Below, in pieces: positions 9,013 to 20,443 of a stretch of 48,438 nt of DNA (its first letter is position 1; the number at the start of each line of letters is the position of its first letter). Position numbers and translations under genes: made by a program. Source of the stretch: Chloroflexota bacterium (lineage in GTDB: Bacteria; Chloroflexota; Limnocylindria; QHBO01); NCBI GenBank assembly GCA_013694795.1, contig JACDBS010000161.1, positions 1-48,438 of the forward strand. Reading direction: 5' to 3'. A model generated the notes under the pieces. That model saw nothing but the letters and a program-made list of their open reading frames with translations, had not been told where the DNA came from and ran no database searches.

Positions 9013-9891
9013 TCAGCCTCCGAACAGGCGCTCGAGGAGGAGGATCGACGCGATGTACGGACGGCTGACGTTGTAAACGCCGTGGCGATCCGCAGCTGTC
9101 TGGCCCTGATAGTACGCAGCCAAGACCAGATCGCGGTTGCCGGCGTAGCGGGCGAGATAGTGGGCAAGCAGGCGGACGCCAGCGCGCACGTTGTCGCGCT
9201 GGTCGTTGATGTTCACGGGCATGCCGAGCATGCTTTCGCCGACCCAAGCGGCGGTCGCGGGGATGAGCTGCATGACGCCGATGGCGCCGGCGCGGCTGAC
9301 CACGCCCTGCTGCCAGCCGGACTCCTGCCAGGCCACCGCCAGAGCGAAGGGGACAGGGACGCCGTAGCGCGCCGCCTCCTCGACGATCACCTGGCGAACG
9401 GCGTCGCGGCTCGAGACCGCGACGGCCATGGCGGGCGGCATGGGCGCTGTCGTCGGCGCGGGCGCGGGCGCGCTACCCGGAATGATCAGCTGCTGGCCGC
9501 CGAAGATGCGGCTCGGGTTGCTGATGCCGTTGGCGGCCACGATGGCGGCGACGGTGACGCCGTAATGCCGCGCGATGGTGGTCAGGTTCTCACCACGCCC
9601 GACGACGTGGGCGCCGGGAGCGGCAGCGGTCGGCGCGACAGCGGCCGGCGTGGGCGCGATGCCGAGCCGCAGGGTCTGGCCGGCGTAAACGCGGTTCGGA
9701 TTGCTGATCGCATTGAGTTGGACCAGGTCGGTGACAGGGACGCCGTGGCGCTTCGAAATGCCGGTGAGCGTGTCACCGGGACGAACGACAACGGTCGGAT
9801 CGGCTGCCAGCGCGACGGCCCCGAGCATGGGGCCGATGGCCAGGGCTGTGATGAGGCCGCCGACGAGGGCGAGGAACCTGGGGAACGGCAA
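9013..9891 (-). CDS. Secreted LysM-LysM-SLT lytic transglycosylase
   Basis: TTG start, with GAGGA 8 nt upstream. N-terminal hydrophobic signal or anchor. Two LysM repeats (VRPGDTLTGISKRHGV..NPNRVYAGQTLRL; VGRGENLTTIARHYGV..NPSRIFGGQQLIIP). SLT core AVAWQESGWQQ..GAIGVMQL..AAYYQG. Confidence 0.9.
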   Translation of the reverse strand: MPFPRFLALVGGLITALAIGPMLGAVALAADPTVVVRPGDTLTGISKRHGVPVTDLVQLNAISNPNRVYAGQTLRLGIAPTPAAVAPTAAAPGAHVVGRGENLTTIARHYGVTVAAIVAANGISNPSRIFGGQQLIIPGSAPAPAPTTAPMPPAMAVAVSSRDAVRQVIVEEAARYGVPVPFALAVAWQESGWQQGVVSRAGAIGVMQLIPATAAWVGESMLGMPVNINDQRDNVRAGVRLLAHYLARYAGNRDLVLAAYYQGQTAADRHGVYNVSRPYIASILLLERLFGG

Positions 9892-10060
9892 TGCATCGGT
9901 CCTCGGTGGGTGAGGTGGCTCGACCGTTGGGCAATGTGCTCACGGCGGGGCCGATGCTAAGGGCTAACGGAGCTGGGTCAAGGTACGAGCGGACTGCCTC
10001 GGGAGTACGTCGGTACCGATCCATGAAGGGCGGGCATCGGTAGGCCGAATCTGACGCGCC

Positions 10061-10069
10061 TGATATACT
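10061..10069 (+). promoter_or_regulatory. Candidate extended -10 element (TGaTATACT) for rpsB-tsf
   Basis: TGATATACT read at 10061-10069, about 130 nt upstream of the rpsB TTG. The -35 is weak (TAGGCC). Confidence 0.35.
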
Positions 10070-10201
10070 TCAGCCAGCTCGTGCCACGGTGCGAGCCTTT
10101 TCCCATCACACACGCTCGACGGATCCCGCTGGTCGTCGGTGCCCTCGTGAGGGTCGACCCGGGAGCACGAAGTCGAACGGAGGAACAACCGGAGGTATCT
10201 C

Positions 10202-11158
10202 TTGGCTGCCACCAGCATGAAGCAGCTGCTCGAGGCGGGCGTCCATTTCGGACACCAGACCCGGCGCTGGAACCCGAAGATGCGTGATTTCATCTTCGCG
10301 GAGCGCAACGGGATCCACATCATCGACCTTGCCCAGACAGTCTCCCTGCTCGAGTCCGCGCTCGATTTCGTGCGCGAAACGGTTCGCCGCGGCGACAGCG
10401 TGCTCTTCGTGGGCACGAAGAAGCAGGCCCAGGAGGCGCTCGCCGAGGCGGCGACCCGATCGGGCCAGCACTACGTCAACACCCGCTGGCTCGGCGGGAT
10501 GCTGACGAACTTCACGACCATCAAGCGCCGCATCCAGCGCCTCGAGGCGCTGGAGGCACGGCGCGATGCCGGCGAGTTCGAGCGTCTCACCAAGAAGGAG
10601 GCGTCGAAGCTCACCGAGGAGATCAACAAGCTCAACGCAGTGCTCGGCGGCATCCGCAAGATGCGGCGTCTTCCCGGCGCGGTCTTCATCGTCGATCCAC
10701 ACCGCGAGGAGATCGCGGTCGCCGAGGCCCGACGTCTCGAGATTCCGATCGTCGCAATGACCGACACGAATTGCGACCCGGACCTCATCGACTGGGTGAT
10801 CCCTGCCAACGACGATGCGATCCGATCCGTTCGCCTCATCTGCGGGCTGGTTGCCGAGGCGGCCACCACCGCCCAGCAGGAGCGGCAGGCCCGCCTGGAC
10901 GAGGAGTTCGAACAGGCCGAGGCCATGCCGCCGGTCGACGAGACCGCCCTCACTTCGGAGGCGGACTACACGGCCGCTCTTGCGACGGGCGAGGCGCTCA
11001 TCTTCGAGCCGGAGCCGGAGGACGACGAGGAGGAGGAGCGCAAGGCGCGCGCCCGGCGTGCCGCCCATATCGACGAGGGCGAGCCGGAGCACGATCCTGA
11101 CCGGGAGCACGAGCGACAGATTGCCGAGCATGTAAAGGAGCCGCGCCAGCCGGCGTAG
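10202..11158 (+). CDS. rpsB: 30S ribosomal protein S2 with acidic C-terminal extension
   Basis: TTG start, with GGAGG 7 nt upstream. [57 protein letters not shown]. 318 aa. Confidence 0.96.
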   Translation: MAATSMKQLLEAGVHFGHQTRRWNPKMRDFIFAERNGIHIIDLAQTVSLLESALDFVRETVRRGDSVLFVGTKKQAQEALAEAATRSGQHYVNTRWLGGMLTNFTTIKRRIQRLEALEARRDAGEFERLTKKEASKLTEEINKLNAVLGGIRKMRRLPGAVFIVDPHREEIAVAEARRLEIPIVAMTDTNCDPDLIDWVIPANDDAIRSVRLICGLVAEAATTAQQERQARLDEEFEQAEAMPPVDETALTSEADYTAALATGEALIFEPEPEDDEEEERKARARRAAHIDEGEPEHDPDREHERQIAEHVKEPRQPA

Positions 11159-11172
11159 GCAGCGAAAGGACC

Positions 11173-11805
11173 ATGACGAACACGTTGACGATCAAGCCAG
11201 AGGATGTGAAGCGGCTTCGGGAGCAGACGGGGGCCGGCATCATGGACTGCAAGCGCGCCCTGGAGGACTCCGGCGGCGACTACGACAAAGCCGTCCGCTG
11301 GCTCCGCGAGAAGGGCCTCTCGACCGCTGCCAAGAAGGCCGGCCGCGCCGCCCGCGAGGGCATCGTGACCAGCTACATCCACCACGGCTCGCGCTTGGGC
11401 GTCCTGCTGGAGCTGAACTGCGAGACCGATTTCGTGGCCCGTACCGACGACTTTCAGCAACTCGCGCGCGAAATCGCCATGCAGATTGCCGGCATGACCC
11501 CGATCTACGTCAGCCGCGACGAGGTCCCGGCGGAGGTCGTCGAGGAGCAGAAGCGCCTCTTCGCCGTCGATGCGGACCGCGATGGTCGCCCGGCCGGCAA
11601 GGTGCCGATGATCGTCGAGGGCAAGCTCAACAAGTGGTACGAGTCGGTCTGCCTGCTCGAGCAGCCGTACCGCGACACCGACCGGAAGGTCGCCGACCTG
11701 ATCACCGAGAAGGTGGCCCTGCTGGGCGAGAACATCAAGGTCGCGCGCTTCGCCCGGATGGCCGTCGGTGAGTCGGCCCGGACCGATGGTGACGAGGCCG
11801 CGTAG
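11173..11805 (+). CDS. tsf: Elongation factor Ts (short form)
   Basis: [20 protein letters not shown] (UBA-like N-terminus), [17 protein letters not shown]. Follows rpsB. Confidence 0.95.
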   Translation: MTNTLTIKPEDVKRLREQTGAGIMDCKRALEDSGGDYDKAVRWLREKGLSTAAKKAGRAAREGIVTSYIHHGSRLGVLLELNCETDFVARTDDFQQLAREIAMQIAGMTPIYVSRDEVPAEVVEEQKRLFAVDADRDGRPAGKVPMIVEGKLNKWYESVCLLEQPYRDTDRKVADLITEKVALLGENIKVARFARMAVGESARTDGDEAA

Positions 11806-11809
11806 AGGA

Positions 11810-12565
11810 ATGACCGATGCGGCCGCCGCGCCGGCAATCACGACGTCCCGCCGGGTGCTGCTGAAGCTCTCCGGCGAGGCGCTCATGGGCGAGCACGAAT
11901 ACGGGATCGACCCCGGCGTCGTGCGCGAGATTGCCATGCAGGTGGCCGATGCCGCCGGTGATGGCATCCAGATCGCCGTCGTCGTCGGCGGCGGCAACAT
12001 CTTCCGCGGGTTGGCTGCCAGCGCCCGAGGCATGGACCGTGCGACCGGCGATTACATGGGCATGTTGGCCACGGTGATGAACGGCCTCGCCCTTCAGGAC
12101 GCGCTGGAGCAGGCCGACTGTCCGACGCGCGTCATGAGCGCCATCGCCATGAACGAGATCTGCGAGCCGTACATCCGCCGACGGGCCGAGCGACACCTGG
12201 AGAAGGGCCGCGTGGTCGTCATGGTGGCCGGCACCGGCAACCCGTATTTCACCACCGACACGGCTGCAACACTGCGTGCCGTAGAGATTCACGCTGGGGT
12301 CATCCTGAAGGCGACGCGTGTGGACGGGGTGTACGATGCCGACCCGGAGAAAGAGCCGAATGCGCGGCGATACAGCAAGATCGGCTACACCGAGCTGTTG
12401 AGCAACCGACTCCAGGCGCTTGATGCCACGGCGGTGAGCCTGGCCATGGACAACGAGATGCCGATCGTCGTCTTCGACATGACCCAGCCCGGCAACATCG
12501 CACGAGCGATCCGCGGCGTGCGGATCGGCACCTTGATCTCAGGAGACCGAACCGATGACGCATGA
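11810..12565 (+). CDS. pyrH: UMP kinase
   Basis: [35 protein letters not shown]. Start set at ATG 11810, just after the tsf stop; GTG 11768 and ATG 11786 are possible. Confidence 0.93.
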   Translation: MTDAAAAPAITTSRRVLLKLSGEALMGEHEYGIDPGVVREIAMQVADAAGDGIQIAVVVGGGNIFRGLAASARGMDRATGDYMGMLATVMNGLALQDALEQADCPTRVMSAIAMNEICEPYIRRRAERHLEKGRVVVMVAGTGNPYFTTDTAATLRAVEIHAGVILKATRVDGVYDADPEKEPNARRYSKIGYTELLSNRLQALDATAVSLAMDNEMPIVVFDMTQPGNIARAIRGVRIGTLISGDRTDDA

Positions 12566-13112
12566 GGCGCTGAGCACCATCGAACCGAAGATGCAGCGCG
12601 CCATCGAGGCCATGGAACGCGAATTCGCCGGAATTCGGACCGGCCGGGCTTCGACCGGACTGGTCGAGCGCATCACGGTCGACTATTACGGGACCCAGAC
12701 CCCGCTCAATCAGGTCGCCGGCATCAGCACCCCCGACGCGCACCTGATCGTCATCCAGCCGTGGGACCGATCGGTCCTGTCGGCGATCGAGAAGGCAATC
12801 ACCAAGAGCGACATCGGACTGACGCCGAACGTGGACGGCACCGTGGTTCGTCTCAACGTCCCCCCGCTCACCGAGGAGCGACGACGCGACATGGTGAAGC
12901 AGGTTCGTCGCCGCACCGAGGAGGCGAGGGTCGAGGTGCGGAACCATCGCCGCGAGGCTGCCGATGCACTCAAGAAGGGGCTGCGCGACGGAGACCTGAG
13001 CGAGGACGAGGAGCACCGCGAGCTCGAGAACCTCCAGCGCCTGACGGACCGTCACATCGAGGCGATCGACGTGCGCGCCGACCGCAAGGAAGCCGAGATC
13101 CTGGAGGTCTGA
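12555..13112 (+). CDS. frr: Ribosome recycling factor
   Basis: [43 protein letters not shown]. 185 aa. Confidence 0.96.
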   Translation: MTHEALSTIEPKMQRAIEAMEREFAGIRTGRASTGLVERITVDYYGTQTPLNQVAGISTPDAHLIVIQPWDRSVLSAIEKAITKSDIGLTPNVDGTVVRLNVPPLTEERRRDMVKQVRRRTEEARVEVRNHRREAADALKKGLRDGDLSEDEEHRELENLQRLTDRHIEAIDVRADRKEAEILEV

Positions 13113-13115
13113 CCG

Positions 13116-13808
13116 GTGCCGGACGAGGTCCGCCCCCGGCATGTGGCCATCATTGCCGACGGCAACCGCCGCTGGGCGCGCGAGCGCGGCCTTCCGGTGC
13201 TGGCCGGTCACGTCGCGGGCATCGAGGCCATTCGTCCCATCGTGCGCCGCGCGCGTGACCTCGGCGTGGAGACGCTCAGCGTGTACACCTTCAGCACCGA
13301 GAACTGGGCACGCCCCGAGGACGAGGTATCGGGCCTCTTCGGGCTGATCGACGGAGCCGTCCGCCAGTATACCGATGAGCTCATCGACGAAGGCGTCCGC
13401 GTGCGGGTCATCGGTCGACTGCATGAAGCCCCGGCGGACGTGCAGCGTTCGATCCGCGCCGCGCAGGACCGCACCCGTGACGGTAGCCGCATGACGCTGA
13501 ATATCTGCTTCAACTACTCCGGCCGCGCCGAGATCGTGGACGCCGCCCGGGCGCTGGTGGCCGCGAATGCCGATCCCAACGACGTCACCGAGCCGCACTT
13601 CGCTGAGCACCTGTACACCGCCGGACAGCCCGACGTGGACCTTGTGATTCGGACCGGCGGCGACCAGCGCACGAGCAACTTTCTGCTCTGGCAAGCCGCG
13701 TACGCGGAGCTCGTCTTCTGCCCCCAGTACTGGCCCGACTTCCGCGTGGCCGACTTCGATGCGGCCCTGGCCGAATTCGACCAGCGCGAGCGACGGTTCG
13801 GGAGCTGA
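13116..13808 (+). CDS. uppS: Isoprenyl transferase (undecaprenyl diphosphate synthase)
   Basis: HVAIIADGNRRWA, LSVYTFSTENWARP, RTGGDQRTSNFLLWQAAYAEL. GTG start. Confidence 0.95.
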   Translation: MPDEVRPRHVAIIADGNRRWARERGLPVLAGHVAGIEAIRPIVRRARDLGVETLSVYTFSTENWARPEDEVSGLFGLIDGAVRQYTDELIDEGVRVRVIGRLHEAPADVQRSIRAAQDRTRDGSRMTLNICFNYSGRAEIVDAARALVAANADPNDVTEPHFAEHLYTAGQPDVDLVIRTGGDQRTSNFLLWQAAYAELVFCPQYWPDFRVADFDAALAEFDQRERRFGS

Positions 13809-13811
13809 CGC

Positions 13812-14711
13812 TTGTTGCGAACGAGACTGCTGTCCGGAGCCATCGGGGCGCCACTCATCGTGGCAATCATCGTGCTCGGCGAGCCGTGGCTCTCGCTGCT
13901 CATCGGGGTCGTCGCCTTCCTTGCCCTGGTCGAGCTCGTCGCGCTCCTGAACGCCGCCGGGTATGAGCCCGCGCGGGTCCTCACCATCCTTGCCGGCATG
14001 ACGCTCGCCGCCGCCGGCCTGGTCGCGGCCAACGCTGAGGGAGTCAGTGGGCTGCTGAGGCCCCTGCTGACCGCGCTCGACCCGCCCGGAGTGGTGGCCG
14101 CGACCTTTGCCGCGGCGGTGCTGCTCATGGCGGTGGCCGCATTCACGCGGCCGGACCCGCAGGCCGGATTCGTGACGTGGGCCATGAGCTCGTTCGGCAT
14201 CGCGTATGTCGGGCTCCTGCTGCCGATGATCGCGCTGGTGGCACACCTGGCACCTGCCGACGGCTCCTGGGCGACGCCGGTGGGCCTGCTGGGATTGCGA
14301 TCGGGGGTCGCGTGGGGGCTCATGCTGGTGCTGGTGGTGTGGGGCTACGACATCGGTGCCTACCTGACCGGGCGCCTCATGGGACGCCGGCAGCTGATCG
14401 ATCACGTAAGCCCATCGAAGACGATCGAGGGCCTCGCCGGGGGCCTGGTGCTTGCGACCGTCGCCGCCGGGATCGGCGCCGCTCTGATCGGCCTTGAGCC
14501 GTGGCACCCGCTCGTCATCGGTCCGCTGGTGGGTCTGTCCGCCCAGGCTGGCGATCTCGCGGAGTCCATGCTCAAGCGCGCCGCCGGACAGAAGGAGTCG
14601 GGATTCCTGGTGCCGGGGCACGGCGGCATCCTCGATCGCATCGACTCGTTCCTCTTCGCCGCGCCCGTCCTGGCCGGCTACGCCCTGCTCGTCGCCGGTC
14701 GCGTGGCGTGA
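13812..14711 (+). CDS. cdsA: Phosphatidate cytidylyltransferase
   Basis: Polytopic membrane protein with SPSKTIEGLAGG and GHGGILDRIDS signatures. TTG start. Confidence 0.9.
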   Translation: MLRTRLLSGAIGAPLIVAIIVLGEPWLSLLIGVVAFLALVELVALLNAAGYEPARVLTILAGMTLAAAGLVAANAEGVSGLLRPLLTALDPPGVVAATFAAAVLLMAVAAFTRPDPQAGFVTWAMSSFGIAYVGLLLPMIALVAHLAPADGSWATPVGLLGLRSGVAWGLMLVLVVWGYDIGAYLTGRLMGRRQLIDHVSPSKTIEGLAGGLVLATVAAGIGAALIGLEPWHPLVIGPLVGLSAQAGDLAESMLKRAAGQKESGFLVPGHGGILDRIDSFLFAAPVLAGYALLVAGRVA

Positions 14712-15841
14712 CGGGGATCGCGCTCCTGGGTTCGACCGGATCGATCGGGCGCCAGGCGCTGGAGGTCGTCGCCGCACTGGGTGATCGCTTCACGATTCTC
14801 GGCCTGGCTGCCGGACGATCGAGCGAAACATTCACGGAGCAGCTCAGGGCATGGCCCGATGCGCGGGCGTGGTGCGCCGGAGGTCGGCCTGACGCGGCCG
14901 AGGCCGGCCGCTGGGCCGACGGCGGGCTCGAGGAGCTGGCCACGGCCCATGGCGTGGAGCTGGTGGTGGTGGCCACGACCGGCATGGCGGCTCTGCCAGC
15001 AGTGCTTGCCGCTCTGCGCTCCGGGCGGCGCGTGGCGCTGGCCAACAAGGAGACGCTGATCACCGGCGGACACCTGGTGACGGCGCTCCTCGACGAGCTG
15101 GGAGGCGATCCGCTCGACCGGCTGCGGCCCATCGACAGCGAGCATTCGGCCATCTGGCAGTGCCTGGTCGGGGAACGCCTTGACGATGTCACGCGTCTGG
15201 TGCTCACCGCCAGCGGAGGCCCGTTCCGAGGGTGGGCGTCGACCGCGCTCGCATCGGTCACACCGCAGGAGGCCCTGGCGCATCCCACCTGGCGCATGGG
15301 CCCCAAGATCACGGTCGACTCGGCCACCCTGGTCAACAAGGCATTCGAGGTCATCGAGGCCAAATGGCTCTACCGGCTCCCGTACTCTAAGATCGATACG
15401 GTGATTCATCCCCAGAGCGTGGTGCACTCGCTCGTCGAGTTCACCGATGGCTCGTACAAGGCGCAGCTCGGCCTGCCCGACATGCGCCTCCCGATCCAGT
15501 ACGCCCTCACCCATCCACGGCGGTTGCCTTCGCCCGCGCGGTCCTCGTCGCCGGCCGACTGGGGCACTCTCGACTTTCTGACATTGACCGATGCGGACTA
15601 TCCCGCCTACGCCGCCGCCCGCGCCGCCGCCGATGGCGGCGGCAACCGTGGCGTCATCCTCAACGCCGCCGACGAGGTGGCCGTCGCAGCCTTCCTTGAT
15701 GGGCGAATCGCGTTTCCTGCGATCGCCGGTACCATCGCGGCCGCGGTCGAGCGCTGGGGCGCCGCCGATGAGCCGGGCCTGGCCGAGATCACCGCGCTTG
15801 ACGCCGAGGTGCGTGGCGCGCTCGAGGCGGAGCTGGCCTGA
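14708..15841 (+). CDS. dxr: 1-deoxy-D-xylulose 5-phosphate reductoisomerase
   Basis: GTG start overlaps the cdsA stop (GTGA). IALLGSTGSIGRQAL, LANKETLI, PIDSEHSAIWQC, HPTWRMGPKITVDSATL. The track ORF from 14501 is an extension. Confidence 0.95.
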   Translation: MTGIALLGSTGSIGRQALEVVAALGDRFTILGLAAGRSSETFTEQLRAWPDARAWCAGGRPDAAEAGRWADGGLEELATAHGVELVVVATTGMAALPAVLAALRSGRRVALANKETLITGGHLVTALLDELGGDPLDRLRPIDSEHSAIWQCLVGERLDDVTRLVLTASGGPFRGWASTALASVTPQEALAHPTWRMGPKITVDSATLVNKAFEVIEAKWLYRLPYSKIDTVIHPQSVVHSLVEFTDGSYKAQLGLPDMRLPIQYALTHPRRLPSPARSSSPADWGTLDFLTLTDADYPAYAAARAAADGGGNRGVILNAADEVAVAAFLDGRIAFPAIAGTIAAAVERWGAADEPGLAEITALDAEVRGALEAELA

Positions 15842-16968
15842 TGGAAGTCATCGGCACCGTCGCCGCCTTCATCGGCATACTCGTCGTCCTCGTGCTCGTG
15901 CACGAGCTCGGGCACTTCATTGTCGCCAAGCGTGCGGGGATCACGGTGGAGGAGTTCGGGATCGGCTTTCCGCCGCGGATCGCGTCGATGACGTGGCACG
16001 GCACCCGGTACAGCCTCAACTGGATCCCGCTGGGAGGCTTCGTCCGCATGCTGGGCGAGGACGGCGACGTCGAGATCAAGCGCCTGCGCGAGCAGGGCAT
16101 GACCGATGACGAGGTGGAGCATGCCATGGGCGGGGCCTTCAACCGCCGGCCGGTGTGGGTCCGGATCGTCGTCCTTCTCGCCGGCGTGGCCATGAACTTC
16201 GTTCTCGCGGCGGGTCTCTTCGCGGCGGCCCTGAGCATGCCCGAGCTCGTCGGCACCGGATCCCTGACGGTCACCAGCATCCAGCCGGACAGCCCGGCAT
16301 CCGGGCACCTGCGGGTGGACGACGTCATCACCGGCGTCGACGGCAGGACCTTCGAGCTGTCGGATGACCTGACTGAGTACGTCCGCGAGCGTGGGGGCGG
16401 CGCTGTCGAGCTCCAGGTGGTGCGCGATGGTGAGCCGATCGAGGTCACCGTCACGCCTCGCGTCGTCACGCCTGAGGAGCGTGCCCAGGGCATCGGCCCG
16501 GTCGGGTTCGGCTATGACCCCGAGCGCGTGGTCGAGCAACCATCGCCCGTGACCGGGCCGATCGACGCCGTGGCCAGCGGAACCGGCCTGGCGTGGAGCC
16601 TGGCGATCCAGATTCCGGGCGGGCTGGCGGATGCCGTGGGCGGGCTGATCGGGCTCAATCCCGATGCCGGCGACGCTCGTGGCCCCATCGGGATCGCGCA
16701 GGAGACTGGCAAGATCATGGAGGCACCGCTCGTCAGCCAGCTCTTCTTCATCGGCCTCCTCTCGATCAACCTGGCGGTCCTGAACGTCCTTCCCTTCCCG
16801 CCGCTGGATGGAGGCCGGATCGCCGTCGTGCTGGTCGAAGCCGTCCGCCGCCGGAAGCTGCCGGCGGAGCGCGAGGCGCTGATCTATCTCACCGGTTTCG
16901 CCGTCCTGATCGCGCTCGTGATCCTGATCAGCATCCAGGACATTCAGCGCCTCATCAACGGCGGCTGA
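15841..16968 (+). CDS. rseP: RIP metalloprotease RseP (M50 site-2 protease with PDZ)
   Basis: HELGHFIVAK zinc motif and LNVLPFPPLDGG motif in a membrane protein. ATG overlaps the dxr stop (TGATG). Confidence 0.92.
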   Translation: MEVIGTVAAFIGILVVLVLVHELGHFIVAKRAGITVEEFGIGFPPRIASMTWHGTRYSLNWIPLGGFVRMLGEDGDVEIKRLREQGMTDDEVEHAMGGAFNRRPVWVRIVVLLAGVAMNFVLAAGLFAAALSMPELVGTGSLTVTSIQPDSPASGHLRVDDVITGVDGRTFELSDDLTEYVRERGGGAVELQVVRDGEPIEVTVTPRVVTPEERAQGIGPVGFGYDPERVVEQPSPVTGPIDAVASGTGLAWSLAIQIPGGLADAVGGLIGLNPDAGDARGPIGIAQETGKIMEAPLVSQLFFIGLLSINLAVLNVLPFPPLDGGRIAVVLVEAVRRRKLPAEREALIYLTGFAVLIALVILISIQDIQRLINGG

Positions 16969-17075
16969 CTCGGGCCGCCCGGGGGCCGCTCAGTGGCGGA
17001 AATGGGGGTGAGCGGCTATACTCCAGCACGGTTCGACCGGCCAATTGCGAACCAAGAATATTGAACTGAGTGCCT

Positions 17076-17113
17076 GAGACGTGGGTCGGTTCGCCTCCCA
17101 CGTCTCTGTTTGT
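17076..17113 (+). terminator. Terminator/attenuator-like hairpin in the nusA leader
   Basis: Perfect 10-bp stem: GAGACGTGGG (17076-17085) pairs with CCCACGTCTC (17097-17106), 11-nt loop, followed by TGTTTGT. It ends 25 nt before the nusA ATG. Confidence 0.4.
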
Positions 17114-17137
17114 CCCCGTCGCGAGCAAGGAGCGGCC

Positions 17138-18286
17138 ATGAATCGAGACTTCATCGGAGCACTGCTCCAGCTGAACGCCGAGAAGGGTGTGCCGCAGGAG
17201 ATCCTGATCCGAACGCTGGAGCAGGCAATCGAATCGGCATATCGGCGCAACGCCGATGCGCCCGAGAACGTGGTCGTCAGCGTCAACCCCGAAACGGGCG
17301 AGATCAGCGTCGCGCGGGAGTACGAGGTCATGGCCACCACCGAGGAGGTCGAGGACCCCGAGGCCCAGATGTTCGTGGCCGATGCGCAAAAGATCGATCC
17401 GGCCACGGGCGTCGGCGCCAAGGTGCGCATTCCGGAGAACGTGACCCAGGCGCAGCTCGGCCGCATCGCGGCGCAGACGGCAGGCCAGGTCTATCGCCAG
17501 CGCCTGCGCGAGGCGCAGCGGGATGTCGTCTTCCAGCAGTACGCCGCCCGCGAGGGGGAGATCATGACCGGCAACGTGCAGCGCACCACCGATTCGGCCG
17601 TGGTGCTCGACATGGGCAAGGACGTGGAGGCGGTGCTGGCGGTGACGGAGCAACTGCCGAGCGAGACCTACCGCATCGGTCAGCACCTGAAGGTCTACGT
17701 CATGGAGGTCCGTCGCACCACGCGCGGGCCCGTGATCGTAGCCAGCCGCACGCATCGGGGCTTTCTGCGTCGTCTGATGGAGATGGAGATCCCCGAGATC
17801 TACAACGGCACCGTCGTGATTCGGGGCATCGCGCGCGAGGCCGGCAGCCGCTCGAAAGTCGCCGTCGAGAGCCGCCAGGCCGGCGTGGACGCCAAGGGCG
17901 CGGCGGTCGGCCAGCGTGGCGCGCGGATCCAGTCGATCGTGGCCGAGCTCAACGGCGAGAAGGTCGACATCGTCCTGTGGGATGAGGACCCCGCCCGCTT
18001 CGTGGCCGAGGCGCTCTCGCCGGCCGAGGTGATCAACGTGCGGATTGACGACGAGCACAAGATCGCGAATGTTGTTGTTCCGGAACGGCAGCTCAGCCTC
18101 GCCATCGGCAAGGAAGGCCAGAACGCGCGGCTGGCGGCCAAGCTGACGAGCTGGCGGATCGACATCCGCTCGGACGCCGGGGTCGCCACCGCGGCCGCTG
18201 GTGGAGGCGACCATGGCGGCCACGGCGAGCACGGCGAGCACGAGCCGGACGCGGAGGCGCCGGTCGATGCCGAAGCGACGACCTGA
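17138..18286 (+). CDS. nusA: Transcription termination/antitermination factor NusA
   Basis: ATG 17138, with AAGGAG 5 nt upstream. ALLQLNAEKGVPQEILIRTLEQAIESAYRR, an S1 segment and two KH segments (IGQRGARIQ, IGKEGQNARLAAKL). Gly/His/acidic tail. Confidence 0.95.
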   Translation: MNRDFIGALLQLNAEKGVPQEILIRTLEQAIESAYRRNADAPENVVVSVNPETGEISVAREYEVMATTEEVEDPEAQMFVADAQKIDPATGVGAKVRIPENVTQAQLGRIAAQTAGQVYRQRLREAQRDVVFQQYAAREGEIMTGNVQRTTDSAVVLDMGKDVEAVLAVTEQLPSETYRIGQHLKVYVMEVRRTTRGPVIVASRTHRGFLRRLMEMEIPEIYNGTVVIRGIAREAGSRSKVAVESRQAGVDAKGAAVGQRGARIQSIVAELNGEKVDIVLWDEDPARFVAEALSPAEVINVRIDDEHKIANVVVPERQLSLAIGKEGQNARLAAKLTSWRIDIRSDAGVATAAAGGGDHGGHGEHGEHEPDAEAPVDAEATT

Positions 18287-18522
18287 TCACATCCCGACCC
18301 GCACGTGCGCGGTCTGCCGCACATCCCGCCCCAAGCGCGAGATGGTGCGCATGGTCCGCACCACGGATGGGTCGATCCACCGCGACGAGTCCGGCAGGCA
18401 GCCGGGTCGCGGGACGTATGTCTGCCATGAACCGGCCTGCCGCGACCCGCAAAGGGCCGCAGCGGCCGTCAAGAGGGCGCTAGGTGCAGAGCCCGCGCCT
18501 GGAGCGCTCGAAGCCGAGGTGA

Positions 18523-18539
<17 letters not shown>
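18267..18539 (+). CDS. ylxR: YlxR/RnpM family (DUF448) RNA-binding protein
   Basis: PTRTCAVCRTSRPKREMVRMV..GRGTYVC pattern. Slot between nusA and infB. Start ATG 18267 overlaps the nusA end by 20 nt. Confidence 0.8.
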
Positions 18540-20433
<1,894 letters not shown>

Positions 20434-20443
20434 GGGACGTCAC

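Noticed and set aside
8680-9960. 426-aa plus-strand ORF
   Set aside because: It is antisense to the LysM-LysM-SLT gene, whose three domains are clearly recognisable. It also overlaps yraN out of frame.
12300-14777. 825-aa minus-strand ORF, the longest ORF in this part of the track
   Set aside because: It lies antisense to frr, uppS and cdsA, all of which have unmistakable family motifs. Its translation is Arg/Pro/Gly/His-rich low complexity with no recognisable domain. This is a typical high-GC shadow ORF.
16969-17137. tRNA gene upstream of nusA, by analogy with E. coli metY
   Set aside because: A GGTTCGACC string (around 17032) resembles a T-loop. However, no acceptor, D or anticodon stems can be drawn around it, so there is no cloverleaf.
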